Assembly: GCA_029780675.1 (NCBI GenBank)
Contig: JAKOYE010000185.1
Coordinates: 6,893-70,892, forward strand
Length of the DNA: 64,000 nucleotides
Direction of reading: 5' to 3'
Source: Actinomycetes bacterium
GTDB taxonomy: Bacteria > Actinomycetota > Actinomycetes > Mycobacteriales > Mycobacteriaceae
A model generated the notes under the pieces. The model was not told where the DNA came from and did not search any database. It saw nothing but the letters and a program-made list of their open reading frames with translations. Position numbers and translations under genes: made by a program. Shown here in pieces: positions 1 through 9,365 of this stretch; within the stretch, counting starts at the first letter, position 1; the number at the start of each line of letters is the position of its first letter.

Positions 1-2
1 CC

Positions 3-536
3 TGGCTGCAATTCCCGCAGTGGTTCTACCTGAACATCCCGGTCAACACCATGGTCGCGCCACGGCTCACCCCCGGCGGACTGGCCACCCAGTACTCCTC
101 CGCCGGACACTTCGATCTGTCGCCCGAGCAGGCACTGGTGATCACTCTGCCGGTGCCCGACGCCCCCTACCTGGGCTTCCAACTGGGCAGCCAGTGGTAC
201 ATCTCGCTGGACTACATCAACCACCAGACGTCGCTGAACGGGACACAGGCGCAACAGGATCCCGACGGGAAGATCCGGATCGTGGTGTCCGATCGCAATC
301 CCGGGGTCACCAACTGGGTGGAGACCCTCGGTCACCGGAAGGGCTTTCTGCAGTTCCGCTGGCAACGGGTGTCGCGTCAACTCACCGAGGCCGATGGGCC
401 GGCGGTCGAACTCGTCGACATCGACTCGGTGCCCGAACACCTGCCGTACTACCGTCACAATGCCATCTCCCCCGAACGGTGGAGGGAGCGAATAGCGCTG
501 CGCCAAAATCAGATCCAGAACAGGATGGTGGGTTAG
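3..536 (+). CDS. conserved hypothetical protein, 3' part (5' end lies left of the window)
   Basis: The frame is open from nt 3 (WLQFPQWFYLNIPVNT precedes the first Met at 51) to TAG 534-536. Codon use is GC3-rich. No diagnostic motif was recognised. Confidence 0.6.
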   Translation, partial: WLQFPQWFYLNIPVNTMVAPRLTPGGLATQYSSAGHFDLSPEQALVITLPVPDAPYLGFQLGSQWYISLDYINHQTSLNGTQAQQDPDGKIRIVVSDRNPGVTNWVETLGHRKGFLQFRWQRVSRQLTEADGPAVELVDIDSVPEHLPYYRHNAISPERWRERIALRQNQIQNRMVG

Positions 537-539
537 CCG

Positions 540-1322
540 ATGGCCGGACTGCTGGCAGGCAAGGTCGTCGTCATCAGCGGAGTCGGACCGGCCCTGGGAA
601 CCACCCTGGCCCGCCGGTGCGCGGAGGCCGGGGCTGACCTCGTCCTCGCCGCGCGCACCGGCGCCCGCCTTGAGGACGTGGCGCGGACGGTGGAAGACCT
701 CGGCCGCCGGGCGCTCCCGGTGGCCACCGACATCACCGTCGACGCCGACGTCGAGAACCTGGTGGCCCGCAGCCTGGAGGCCTACGGGAAGGTCGATGTG
801 CTGATCAACAATGCGTTCCGGGTGCCCTCGATGAAGCCGTTGGCCGACACGAGCTTTCAGCACATCCGGGACGCCATCGAGCTGACGGTGCTCGGCGCGC
901 TGCGCCTGACCCAGGCCTTCGCTCCCGCCCTGGCCGGCAGCAAGGGCTCGGTGGTCAACGTCAACTCGATGGTGATCCGCCACTCCCAGCCCAAATACGG
1001 GGCCTACAAAATGGCGAAGTCGGCACTGCTGGCGATGTCCCAATCCCTGGCATCGGAACTGGGACCCCAAGGAATCAGGATCAACTCGGTGGCACCCGGA
1101 TACATCTGGGGTGACACGTTGAAGAGCTATTTCGCCCACCAGGCCGGCAAGTACGGCACCACCGTCGAGCAGATCTACGAGATGACGGCGGCCCAGTCCG
1201 ACCTCAAGCGCCTGCCGACCGAGGACGAGGTGGCCTCGGCGATCCTCTTCATGGCCAGCGACCTGTCCAGTGGAATCACCGGGGCGACACTGGACGTCAA
1301 CTGCGGTGAATACAAGTCATGA
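540..1322 (+). CDS. short-chain dehydrogenase/reductase (Rv3530c-like)
   Basis: 260 aa. Carries the Gly-rich cofactor motif VVVISGVGPALG, NNAF, and the catalytic YKMAK (YxxxK). Confidence 0.9.
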   Translation: MAGLLAGKVVVISGVGPALGTTLARRCAEAGADLVLAARTGARLEDVARTVEDLGRRALPVATDITVDADVENLVARSLEAYGKVDVLINNAFRVPSMKPLADTSFQHIRDAIELTVLGALRLTQAFAPALAGSKGSVVNVNSMVIRHSQPKYGAYKMAKSALLAMSQSLASELGPQGIRINSVAPGYIWGDTLKSYFAHQAGKYGTTVEQIYEMTAAQSDLKRLPTEDEVASAILFMASDLSSGITGATLDVNCGEYKS

Positions 1323-1335
1323 GCGGGGGCCGTTG

Positions 1336-2487
1336 ATGGCGGGCGCGCCGCGCACCGACGTGGGAACCGTCGAGGACCTCAAAGCCTCGGCGGTCAAGGC
1401 GGTCGGTCTCGACGACTTCGGCCCCGACGACGACAACTACCTCGAGGCGCTGTCGGTCCTGCTCGAGTCCTACCGCCGCGAAGCCGGGCTCACCGAGATC
1501 GGCAGCAAGATGTCCCGGTTCTTCCTGCGCAACGCCCTGGTGGCCCGGTTGCTCAGCGAGGCCTCCTGGAAGCGGCATCCCGGGTACGCCGACGTCACGA
1601 TCACCGCGCCGATCTTCGTGACCGGACTGCCCCGCACCGGCACCACTGCGCTGCATCGCCTGCTCTGCGGTGACCCGCGGCATCAGGGCTTGGAACTGTG
1701 GCTCGCGGAGTTCCCCCAGCCGCGTCCGCCCCGCGACACCTGGCCGCAGAACCCGGTGTTCGTCGAACTGGACCGCCGGTTCACGAAGGCCCACGAGGAG
1801 AACCCGGACTACACCGGGCTGCACTACATGACCGCCGACGAGGTCGAGGAGTGCTGGCAGTTGCTGCGCCAGTCGGTGCATTCGGTGTCCTACGAGACGC
1901 TGGCCCATGTTCCCGGTTACGCGCAGTGGCTGGCGCGGCAGGACTGGACGCCGCCGTATCGGCGACACCGCCGCAACCTGCAGTTGATCGGGATGAACGA
2001 GCCGGAGAAGCGCTGGGTCCTGAAGAACCCCAGCCACCTGTTCGCCCTCGACGCGCTGTTCGCCATCTACCCGGACGCCCTGGTGGTCCAGTGCCACCGT
2101 CCCGCGGAGACCATCATGGCGTCGATGTGCTCGCTGGCCGAGCACACCACCGCCGGATGGTCGACCGCCTTCGTCGGCGCCACCATCGGCGCGGACTCGC
2201 TGGAAACCTGGTCGCGCGGACTGGAACGGTTCAACGCGGTGCGCGCCACCCAGAATCCCGCACAGTTCTGCGACGTCGACTACGGCGACTTCATCGGCGA
2301 CCCGATGGGGACGGTGGAGTCCATCTACCGGCACTTCGGCATCGAACTGACCGAGGCGGCGCGGGTGGCCATCCAGCGGACCGACGAGGCGAGCAGGCAG
2401 GGTCCCCGCGCCCCGAAGCACACCTATTCGCTGGCCGACTACGGGCTCACCGAGGACCAGGTCCGGGACCGCTTCCGCGGGCTGTAG
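1336..2487 (+). CDS. sulfotransferase-family protein (Rv3529c-like)
   Basis: ATG 1336 is in frame within track ORF 1270..2487. Carries the P-loop-like PAPS motif GLPRTGTTALHRLL and KNPSH. Confidence 0.8.
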   Translation: MAGAPRTDVGTVEDLKASAVKAVGLDDFGPDDDNYLEALSVLLESYRREAGLTEIGSKMSRFFLRNALVARLLSEASWKRHPGYADVTITAPIFVTGLPRTGTTALHRLLCGDPRHQGLELWLAEFPQPRPPRDTWPQNPVFVELDRRFTKAHEENPDYTGLHYMTADEVEECWQLLRQSVHSVSYETLAHVPGYAQWLARQDWTPPYRRHRRNLQLIGMNEPEKRWVLKNPSHLFALDALFAIYPDALVVQCHRPAETIMASMCSLAEHTTAGWSTAFVGATIGADSLETWSRGLERFNAVRATQNPAQFCDVDYGDFIGDPMGTVESIYRHFGIELTEAARVAIQRTDEASRQGPRAPKHTYSLADYGLTEDQVRDRFRGL

Positions 2488-2496
2488 GCGAGGGTG

Positions 2497-2961
2497 TCAC
2501 CCGTCGCCCGGCGCCGGGGCGCTGGAGTACTCCTCCAGACAGCCCTCGGCGACCGCGTGCCGAATGCTGTCGGACAGCCGCGGGCAGGACGGCACCCGAG
2601 CGCTGCTGCCACCGCCGGCCCGGACCTCGGCGAAGTAGGCGCACCGTTCGGCGGCCGCGGCCGTCCACTGCACGGCGGTATAGGGCGCACCGAGTTTCTT
2701 GACCCGGACCGAGGCGTGGCAGAACCGGCAGTCCACCTCCGACAGGCCCGAAGTCAGATAGCGGTCGCGGTCGCGGCGCGTCGCCTCGTGCACGGCCGCC
2801 GCGCGGTGCGGGTCGTTGGCGAAGTCGGGGGCCTTGGGCCACCGCAGCGCGTCATCGCCACCGACATCATCGGCACCGGCGTCATCGGCACCGTGAATCC
2901 CGTGCAGCGCCAGCATCGAACCCGCGATCTCCTCGACGTCCGGGCGGCGCTCGCCGGTCAT
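2497..2961 (-). CDS. conserved hypothetical Cys-containing protein (Rv3527-like)
   Basis: ATG at 2961 overlaps the kshA stop (ATGA), suggesting translational coupling. The longer track ORF to 3009 would run into kshA. Confidence 0.6.
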   Translation of the reverse strand: MTGERRPDVEEIAGSMLALHGIHGADDAGADDVGGDDALRWPKAPDFANDPHRAAAVHEATRRDRDRYLTSGLSEVDCRFCHASVRVKKLGAPYTAVQWTAAAAERCAYFAEVRAGGGSSARVPSCPRLSDSIRHAVAEGCLEEYSSAPAPGDG

Positions 2962-4082
2962 GACGTGGCAGCTTGCCGGCGCAGGTTCTCCTCGACCTCC
3001 ACCCGCCACTTCTCATTGGCCTTGGTGGTGTCGACCTCCATCTCGAAGCGGTCGGTCATATCGGGGGTGATGTCGGTGACGTCGACGTAGAACTGCTGAT
3101 ACCAGCGACGCATCTGATAGACCGCACCGTCCTCCTCGACCAGCAACGGATTCTCGATGCGGGTCTTGTGTTTCCAGATCTCGACGTCCTGGAGGAAGCC
3201 TTTGCTGACGCCGTCGGTGAACGCCGTCGCGAGACGCTCGGTCATCTGATCGTCGAGACCCCTCGGCTTCTCGACGATCACACCCCACTGCAGCACGAAC
3301 GAGTTCTGGGTGACCGGGTAGTGGCAGTTGATCAGGATCGACTCCGCCTTGAAGTCGCCGTAGGTGTTGTGCAGCCAATTGATCATGAAGGAGGGGCCGA
3401 AATAGCTCGCCTCCGAATCCAGATGGGAGTCGCCGTAGGCGGTGCCCATCCCCCCGATATCGGGCCGGCCGACGTTGTGCAGGTACTGCGAGGCGATGTG
3501 GCCCTCGAAGACGTTCTTGAAGTAGGTCGGCAGGCCGAAGTGGATGTAGTAGAAGTGCGCCATATCGGTGACGTTGTCGATGATCTCGCGGCAGTTGGAG
3601 CCTTCGATCAGCAGCGTGTTCCACTTCCAGTCGGTCCAGTTCTCGCTGGACCACTGCGGAATCTCCGGGATCCGGACCTCGGGCTGCGGCGGATTGCCCT
3701 CGTGGTCGTGCCAGACGAACAGCAGACCGCCGCGCACATCGGTGTGCCAGGACCGGGTTCGGGCCAGTTTCGGCGTGCGCTTGGCGTACGGAACCAACTT
3801 GCAGCGGCCGTCGCCTCCCCAGCGCCAGTCGTGGAAGGGGCAGGCCACCTCGTCACCCTTGAGGGTGCCCTGCGACAGATCGCCACCCATATGCCGGCAG
3901 TAGGCGTCCAGCACGTGCAGGTCGCCGTCGGAGTCGGCGAAGACGACGAGCTTCGTCCCGAAGGCATGGATCGGATGCGGCTTGCCGTCCTGGTAGGTCT
4001 GCACCGGGCCGAGGCAGTGCCAGCCGCGGGCGTACCTGTCCGGCAGCGTGCCGGTGTCGATCTCGCGAATGTCGGTGGCCAT
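2958..4082 (-). CDS. kshA: 3-ketosteroid 9-alpha-hydroxylase oxygenase subunit
   Basis: Rieske motif CRHMGGDL...CPFHDWRW and non-haem iron motif DNVTDMAHFYYIH. ATG 4082 is preceded by GGAGG. Close to M. tuberculosis KshA as recalled. Confidence 0.93.
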   Translation of the reverse strand: MATDIREIDTGTLPDRYARGWHCLGPVQTYQDGKPHPIHAFGTKLVVFADSDGDLHVLDAYCRHMGGDLSQGTLKGDEVACPFHDWRWGGDGRCKLVPYAKRTPKLARTRSWHTDVRGGLLFVWHDHEGNPPQPEVRIPEIPQWSSENWTDWKWNTLLIEGSNCREIIDNVTDMAHFYYIHFGLPTYFKNVFEGHIASQYLHNVGRPDIGGMGTAYGDSHLDSEASYFGPSFMINWLHNTYGDFKAESILINCHYPVTQNSFVLQWGVIVEKPRGLDDQMTERLATAFTDGVSKGFLQDVEIWKHKTRIENPLLVEEDGAVYQMRRWYQQFYVDVTDITPDMTDRFEMEVDTTKANEKWRVEVEENLRRQAATS

Positions 4083-4110
4083 CTGATACCTCCGCTGTCC
4101 GTGCCCCAAT

Positions 4111-4124
4111 TAGAACACGTTACA
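4111..4124. promoter_or_regulatory. KstR operator box upstream of kshA
   Basis: TAGAACACGTTACA fits the KstR consensus TnnAACnnGTTnnA. It lies 29 nt upstream of the kshA start. Confidence 0.75.
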
Positions 4125-4156
4125 GTTTTGTCGGCGGTCGGTGCAACGGCGGTGGT

Positions 4157-5374
4157 TCAGTCCCGGGCCGGTTTGTCGGCGCCGACCACCCACATCGAGT
4201 AGTACTGCGAGCCGCCGCCGTAGGCGTGCCCGAGTGCTTTCCGGGCGCCGGGCACCTGATGCTCGCCGGCCTTACCCATCACCTGGATCGCCGCCTCGGC
4301 GAACCTGATCAGCCCCGAGGCGCCGATCGGGTTGGACGACAGCACCCCGCCGGAGGGGTTCACCGGCAGCCGGCCGCCGATCGCCGTCTCGCCGGCTTCG
4401 GTGAGTTTCCAGCCGGTACCCACGGCGGCGAAACCGAGGTTCTCCAGCCACATCGGTTCGAACCAGGAGAACGGAACGTAGATCTCGGCGACGTCGATCT
4501 CGTCGATGGGACTGGTGATCCCCGCGGACTTCCACAGCGCGGCCGCCGCGTCCCGGCCGGCCTGCGGGTTGACCTGATCCCGGCCGGAGAACGCGATCGG
4601 TTCGGTGCGCAGTGCGGTGGCATGAACCCACGCGACCGGATGGCCCTCGGCGAGGCGACGGTCGGCGGCGTCTTCGTCACCGATGACCATCGCCGCCGCA
4701 CCGTCCGAGGACGGGCAGGTCTCGTCGAACCGGATCGGGTCCCACAGCATCGGCGAGGCCATCACCTTCTCCAGCGTGATGTCCGGCTGATGCAGGTGCG
4801 CCAGTGGGTTCTTCGCGCCGTTGAGGCGGTCCTTCACCGCGACCATCGCCCCGATATGCGACGGCGCGCCGGAACGGCGGATATAGGCGCGGATATGCGG
4901 GGCGAAGTAGCCGCCTGCGCCGGCGCCGACCGGTTTGGTGAACGGCACCGGAATCGACAGCGCCCACATCGCATTCGACTCGGACTGCTTCTCCCAGGCC
5001 ACCGCCAGCACCCGGCGGTACTTACCGGACTGCACCAGGCTCGCGGCCACCACCGCCGTCGACCCGCCGACCGACCCGGCGGTGTGCACCCGGATCAACG
5101 GCTTCCCGGTCGCGCCCAGGGCGTCGGCCATGAACAGTTCGGGCATCATGACGCCTTCGAAGAAGTCGGGGGCCTTGCCGACGACGACGGCGTCGATCGC
5201 GTCGAAGTCCGATCCGCTGTCGGCCAGCGCGCGGTCGATCGCCTCCCGGACCAGACCGTTCATGGAGACGTCGGTGCGCTTGGCGACGTACTTGGTCTGC
5301 CCGGTGCCCAGCACCGCGGCGAGGTGCTTCGTCGTCGGTGACTGCTGCGGGGGGGTCTGTGCGGCTACCATCAC
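4157..5374 (-). CDS. ltp3: thiolase-like lipid-transfer protein (SCP-x type)
   Basis: 405 aa thiolase fold. The start (GTG 5374 / ATG 5371) overlaps the ltp4 stop. The order Rv3521-like, ltp4, ltp3 matches M. tuberculosis. Confidence 0.85.
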   Translation of the reverse strand: MMVAAQTPPQQSPTTKHLAAVLGTGQTKYVAKRTDVSMNGLVREAIDRALADSGSDFDAIDAVVVGKAPDFFEGVMMPELFMADALGATGKPLIRVHTAGSVGGSTAVVAASLVQSGKYRRVLAVAWEKQSESNAMWALSIPVPFTKPVGAGAGGYFAPHIRAYIRRSGAPSHIGAMVAVKDRLNGAKNPLAHLHQPDITLEKVMASPMLWDPIRFDETCPSSDGAAAMVIGDEDAADRRLAEGHPVAWVHATALRTEPIAFSGRDQVNPQAGRDAAAALWKSAGITSPIDEIDVAEIYVPFSWFEPMWLENLGFAAVGTGWKLTEAGETAIGGRLPVNPSGGVLSSNPIGASGLIRFAEAAIQVMGKAGEHQVPGARKALGHAYGGGSQYYSMWVVGADKPARD

Positions 5375-6429
5375 TCACCCTCCAGCACGGCGACCAGATT
5401 CTGTTGCAGCACAGGGCCGCTGGTGGCATGGGCCAGCGCCCTGCGGGCTGATCCGTCGAAGATGTGCCGGGCGGCGAAACCGATCCGCTCCAGGCCGGTG
5501 GAGAACATCGGATTCGCCGCCAGCGCGCCACCGGAGGGGTTGATCACCGTCGACCCGGTCAGCCCGATCGCCTCGGTCAGGATCAGTTGCTGATGGGTGA
5601 ACGGCGCGTAGATCTCGGCCACGTCGATCGATCCCAGATCACCGCCGGTCGCGGCACTGGCGGAGGCGGCCGTCGACGGGGAGGTCGTCAGGTCCCGGGC
5701 ACCGAGCACCGGTGTCTCGATCCGGTGCTCGAAACCTGTGATCCAGGCCGGTCTTTCGCGCAGTTCCCGGGCGCGGTCACCGGCGGCGATGACGATCGCG
5801 GAAGCCCCGTCGGTGATGGGCGCGATGTCGTGGCGGCGCAGGGGGTCGGCGAAGAACGGGCGGCTCAGGAGTTCCTCGACGGTGTCGGCCGGTTCGACCG
5901 AGTCGGTGCGTGGCGCGACGGCCATGCTCGCCAGGGCCACCTGCGCCATCTGCTCGTAGGTCCACCTGCCGGATTCCAGTCCGAGGCGGGCCTGCAGGCC
6001 GGCCAGGGACACCGCGTCGGGCATCAACGGGGCCACGGTGTAGGGATCGGTCTGCAGGGCCAGCACCCGGCGCAACGTCCCGGCGCTGGACTTCCCGAAG
6101 CCGTACACCAAGGCGGTGTCCACCTGGCCGGTCAGCACCTTGATATAGGCCTCGTACAGTGCCCACGCCGCGTCCATCTCCACATGGGACTCGTTGATCG
6201 GCGGAACCGCGCCGATCGCGTCGATCGCGTTGAGGAACGAGAATGCCCGTCCGGCAAGGTAATCCGACGACCCGGAACACCAGAAGCCGATGTCGCGCTG
6301 GGTGATCCCCAGATCTTCGTAGAGCGCGGCGAAACAGGGCATCAGCATCTCGACGCCGTTGGTCGTGCCGGCGGTGCGGCGGACGTGCGGGGCGTGCGCG
6401 AAGCCGACGACGGCGACGTCTCTGCTCAT
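5371..6429 (-). CDS. ltp4: thiolase-like lipid-transfer protein
   Basis: 352 aa thiolase-like protein. Begins MSRDVAVVGFAHAP. Sits in an operon between the DUF35 gene and ltp3. Confidence 0.85.
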   Translation of the reverse strand: MSRDVAVVGFAHAPHVRRTAGTTNGVEMLMPCFAALYEDLGITQRDIGFWCSGSSDYLAGRAFSFLNAIDAIGAVPPINESHVEMDAAWALYEAYIKVLTGQVDTALVYGFGKSSAGTLRRVLALQTDPYTVAPLMPDAVSLAGLQARLGLESGRWTYEQMAQVALASMAVAPRTDSVEPADTVEELLSRPFFADPLRRHDIAPITDGASAIVIAAGDRARELRERPAWITGFEHRIETPVLGARDLTTSPSTAASASAATGGDLGSIDVAEIYAPFTHQQLILTEAIGLTGSTVINPSGGALAANPMFSTGLERIGFAARHIFDGSARRALAHATSGPVLQQNLVAVLEGE

Positions 6430-6471
6430 GCTGTGCTCAGTTCCCCTTCGCGTGGACGATCATCGAGCCCG

Positions 6472-7473
6472 TCACAGGTGGTGCTTATAGCTGTCGAACT
6501 CGGCGTCGGGTTCACCGGACGGCGTGAAGTGTTCGATGTTGTCGATGCCCAGGCCCCACTCCTCGCGGGGCTTCCACACCGCCTTCACCCGCAAACCCAT
6601 CCGGACGTCGGCGGCGTCGATCCCGGTGACCAGATGCAGGAAGGGGATGTCCGCGCCGTCGAGCAGGATGTAGGCCGCGACATAGGGCGGCGTGATCTTC
6701 TGCCCGGCGAACGGGATGTTGATGATGGCGAACGTCGTCACCGTTCCGGTGTCCGGCAACTCGACGAACTGGTCGAGTTCCCGGCCGGTGGAGGGGTCGG
6801 CCTCGCGGGGCGGGAAATAGACCTTGCCGGTGTCCCCACGGCGGGCGCCGAGCAATGTGCCCTGCGCGAGCGCGCGCAGGTAGATACTCTCCGGGGCCGA
6901 TGCGCTGTGCTGGACGCTCAGGTTCTCCGGGGTCACGATCATCGTCACCGGGCCGCGGTCGTCGGAGGCGGACCCCGCCGGGTGGTCCGCGGGGTCATCG
7001 GCGGCCGCCGCGGGCGCCTCGCCGGGCACGAAACAGGCGATGTCGGTGATCGCGCCCACCGGATCGTCGACCCACCGCGCATGCACCCGGTCGCCGATGG
7101 CGAGCGCCTCCGGGTCACCGCCGGTGTCGACGGCGTGCAGCAGTGCGGTGTCGGCGCCGTCGAGCTTGATCAACCCCCAGGCGAACGGCCGGTCCAGTGG
7201 TTGGCCCTCCAGGGGGTGGGCCTGCCAGGTCCAGGAGAGCACGGTTCCGGTGCTGCCGACGGGGATGATCTCGGTGAGCGGCCGACAGGTGACCGGGTCG
7301 TACTCGACGACCGGAACGTGCACCCGACCGTCCGATCCGCGGATGCCCACGAGGCGGCGGGAGCGTAGCGCGGTGAAGAAGGCGCCCAGGGTCGGACCGA
7401 CCGAACGGGTGTAGTCGAAAGACAGTGTCAGCGGCGCCGACAGCGGCGGTTCGTGGGAGTCTGTCAAGGCCAT
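6472..7473 (-). CDS. DUF35 / OB-fold protein (Rv3521-like), thiolase partner
   Basis: ATG 7473 (MALTDSHEPP...). Two OB-fold/DUF35-like halves. It is the first gene of the ltp4-ltp3 operon. The track ORF extends to 7539, which would cover the KstR box. Confidence 0.75.
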   Translation of the reverse strand: MALTDSHEPPLSAPLTLSFDYTRSVGPTLGAFFTALRSRRLVGIRGSDGRVHVPVVEYDPVTCRPLTEIIPVGSTGTVLSWTWQAHPLEGQPLDRPFAWGLIKLDGADTALLHAVDTGGDPEALAIGDRVHARWVDDPVGAITDIACFVPGEAPAAAADDPADHPAGSASDDRGPVTMIVTPENLSVQHSASAPESIYLRALAQGTLLGARRGDTGKVYFPPREADPSTGRELDQFVELPDTGTVTTFAIINIPFAGQKITPPYVAAYILLDGADIPFLHLVTGIDAADVRMGLRVKAVWKPREEWGLGIDNIEHFTPSGEPDAEFDSYKHHL

Positions 7474-7512
7474 GATGGCCGGCGTGCTCTGGCTGACGCT
7501 CACGCCATCGAG

Positions 7513-7526
7513 TAGAACAGGTTCTA
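7513..7526. promoter_or_regulatory. KstR operator box in a divergent promoter region
   Basis: TAGAACAGGTTCTA is a perfect TnnAACnnGTTnnA palindrome. It lies between divergent starts at 7473 (-) and 7557 (+). Confidence 0.75.
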
Positions 7527-7556
7527 AGAATCGTGGCAAGGAAAGGCGGCACCGGA

Positions 7557-8588
7557 ATGAAACTCGGCCTGCAACTCGGATATTGGAGTGCCCAGCCGCC
7601 CGCCAACCACGCCGAACTGGTGGCGGCCGCCGAGGCCGCCGACTTCGACACCGTGTTCACCGCCGAGGCGTGGGGTTCGGATGCGTTCACCCCGTTGGCC
7701 TGGTGGGGGCGTGAGACGAAGAAGTTGCGGTTGGGTACCTCGGTGGTGCAACTGTCGGCGCGGACCCCGACCGCGTGTGCGATGGCGTCGCTGACCCTGG
7801 ACCACCTCTCCGGCGGCCGCCACATCCTCGGCCTCGGTGTGTCCGGGCCGCAGGTCGTCGAGGGCTGGTACGGCCAGCGGTTCCCCAAGCCACTGGCGCG
7901 CACGCGGGAGTACATCGACATCGTCCGCCAGGTGTGGGCCCGGGAGGCCCCGGTGACCAGCGCCGGCCCGCACTATCCGCTGCCGCTGACCGGGGAGGGC
8001 ACCACCGGCCTGGGCAAGGCGCTCAAGCCGATCGTGCACCCCTTGCGGGCGGATATTCCGATCATGTTGGGCGCCGAAGGGCCCAAGAACATCGCACTGG
8101 CCGCCGAGATCTGCGACGGCTGGCTGCCGATCTTCTACTCGCCCCGGCTGGCCGACATGTACAACGAGTGGCTCGACGAGGGCTTCGCCAGGCCCGGGGC
8201 GCGCCGCACGCGCGAGGATTTCGAGATCTGCGCCACCGCCCAGGTCGTCGTCACCGACGACCGCGCCGCGACGTTCGAGATGATCAAACCCTTCCTGGCG
8301 CTCTACATGGGCGGGATGGGTTCGGAGGACACCAACTTCCACGCCGAGGTCTACCGGCGGATGGGTTACGCCGAGGTCGTCGCGGACGTCACCGCGCTGT
8401 TCCGGTCCGGCCGCAAGGATGAGGCGGCCAAGGCGATTCCCGACGAACTGGTCGATGACGCGGCGATCGTCGGAGACGTCGACTTCGTCAAGAAGCAGAT
8501 CGCGGTCTGGGAGGCCGCCGGGGTGACGATGATGGTCATCGGCGCGCGCAGCCCCGAACAGATCCGGGAACTCGCCGCGTTGCTGTGA
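7557..8588 (+). CDS. LLM-class F420-dependent oxidoreductase (Rv3520c-like)
   Basis: Luciferase-like monooxygenase family sequence. Begins MKLGLQLGYW. ATG 7557 lies within track ORF 7533..8588. Confidence 0.85.
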   Translation: MKLGLQLGYWSAQPPANHAELVAAAEAADFDTVFTAEAWGSDAFTPLAWWGRETKKLRLGTSVVQLSARTPTACAMASLTLDHLSGGRHILGLGVSGPQVVEGWYGQRFPKPLARTREYIDIVRQVWAREAPVTSAGPHYPLPLTGEGTTGLGKALKPIVHPLRADIPIMLGAEGPKNIALAAEICDGWLPIFYSPRLADMYNEWLDEGFARPGARRTREDFEICATAQVVVTDDRAATFEMIKPFLALYMGGMGSEDTNFHAEVYRRMGYAEVVADVTALFRSGRKDEAAKAIPDELVDDAAIVGDVDFVKKQIAVWEAAGVTMMVIGARSPEQIRELAALL

Positions 8589-8601
8589 CGCGGCGATGAG
8601 A

Positions 8602-9321
8602 TCAGCGGACGACGTGCCCGTCGCCGAACGTCATCGCCACATGGCCGACCGAACCGGACATCATCGGCCGCGTGGGCAGCCCCAGCGAGGCGAGTTCCTC
8701 GGCGTAGGGATGGTCGCCCAGTCGCAGGATCGCGCCGCCGGGGCGGACCCGGATGTGCCGGTTGGTCATCTCCCACGGGATCTCCCGGGTGATGCCGTCG
8801 CCGCAGGAGTAGGTCTTCAGGATCCGCGGACGTGTGCGCAGCGAGGGCACCGGGAACCCGCGGCGGAACTGCATGGCGGCGATCAGCGACCCGCCCTCGG
8901 AGACCTCGAAGCCGAAGGTGCTCGAATCGCGAACGGTGAAGTCCGCCATGATCTTCGGGAAGCCCCAGATACTGCGACCGGCCTCCAGGGTGAAGGCCTG
9001 ATCGACCGGCAGATGATGGATGAACGCCGCGGCGCCGGTGAGGGCGCGCAGGCCGCCCGCCGGGAATTCCGGCGGGTTGACCATCACGCAGGTGCCGAAC
9101 TCGTGGTAGCGGCCGAGGTCACCGTCGAGGTAGCGGGCGAGCATCAGCGTGACGATGGCCCGGCCGGGCCGGTGCCGGAAGACCTGCAGGCCGCTGTAGT
9201 CGATCAGTCGCTGGGCGGCATCGGCGGACACCGAGAACATCGCGGTGTGTACGTCGGCCTTGCGGATCCGCACCGGCATGGTCAGCACTGTTCCGGCGAC
9301 GGTGTGCTGCGATACGGGCAT
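8602..9321 (-). CDS. acetoacetate-decarboxylase-like family protein (Rv3519-like)
   Basis: ATG 9321 (MPVSQHTVAG...) gives about 239 aa. Contains the SIWGFPK motif region. Divergent from cyp142, as in M. tuberculosis. Confidence 0.6.
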   Translation of the reverse strand: MPVSQHTVAGTVLTMPVRIRKADVHTAMFSVSADAAQRLIDYSGLQVFRHRPGRAIVTLMLARYLDGDLGRYHEFGTCVMVNPPEFPAGGLRALTGAAAFIHHLPVDQAFTLEAGRSIWGFPKIMADFTVRDSSTFGFEVSEGGSLIAAMQFRRGFPVPSLRTRPRILKTYSCGDGITREIPWEMTNRHIRVRPGGAILRLGDHPYAEELASLGLPTRPMMSGSVGHVAMTFGDGHVVR

Positions 9322-9365
9322 AGGGTCACTGTAAACCGGGCAGCGAACAGATGGGAGTGGCCGCA

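Noticed and set aside
9322-9365. Searched the cyp142 / Rv3519-like divergent spacer for a fifth KstR box.
   Set aside because: The best candidate, TGTAAACCGGGCAG, does not fit TnnAACnnGTTnnA, so no site was called.
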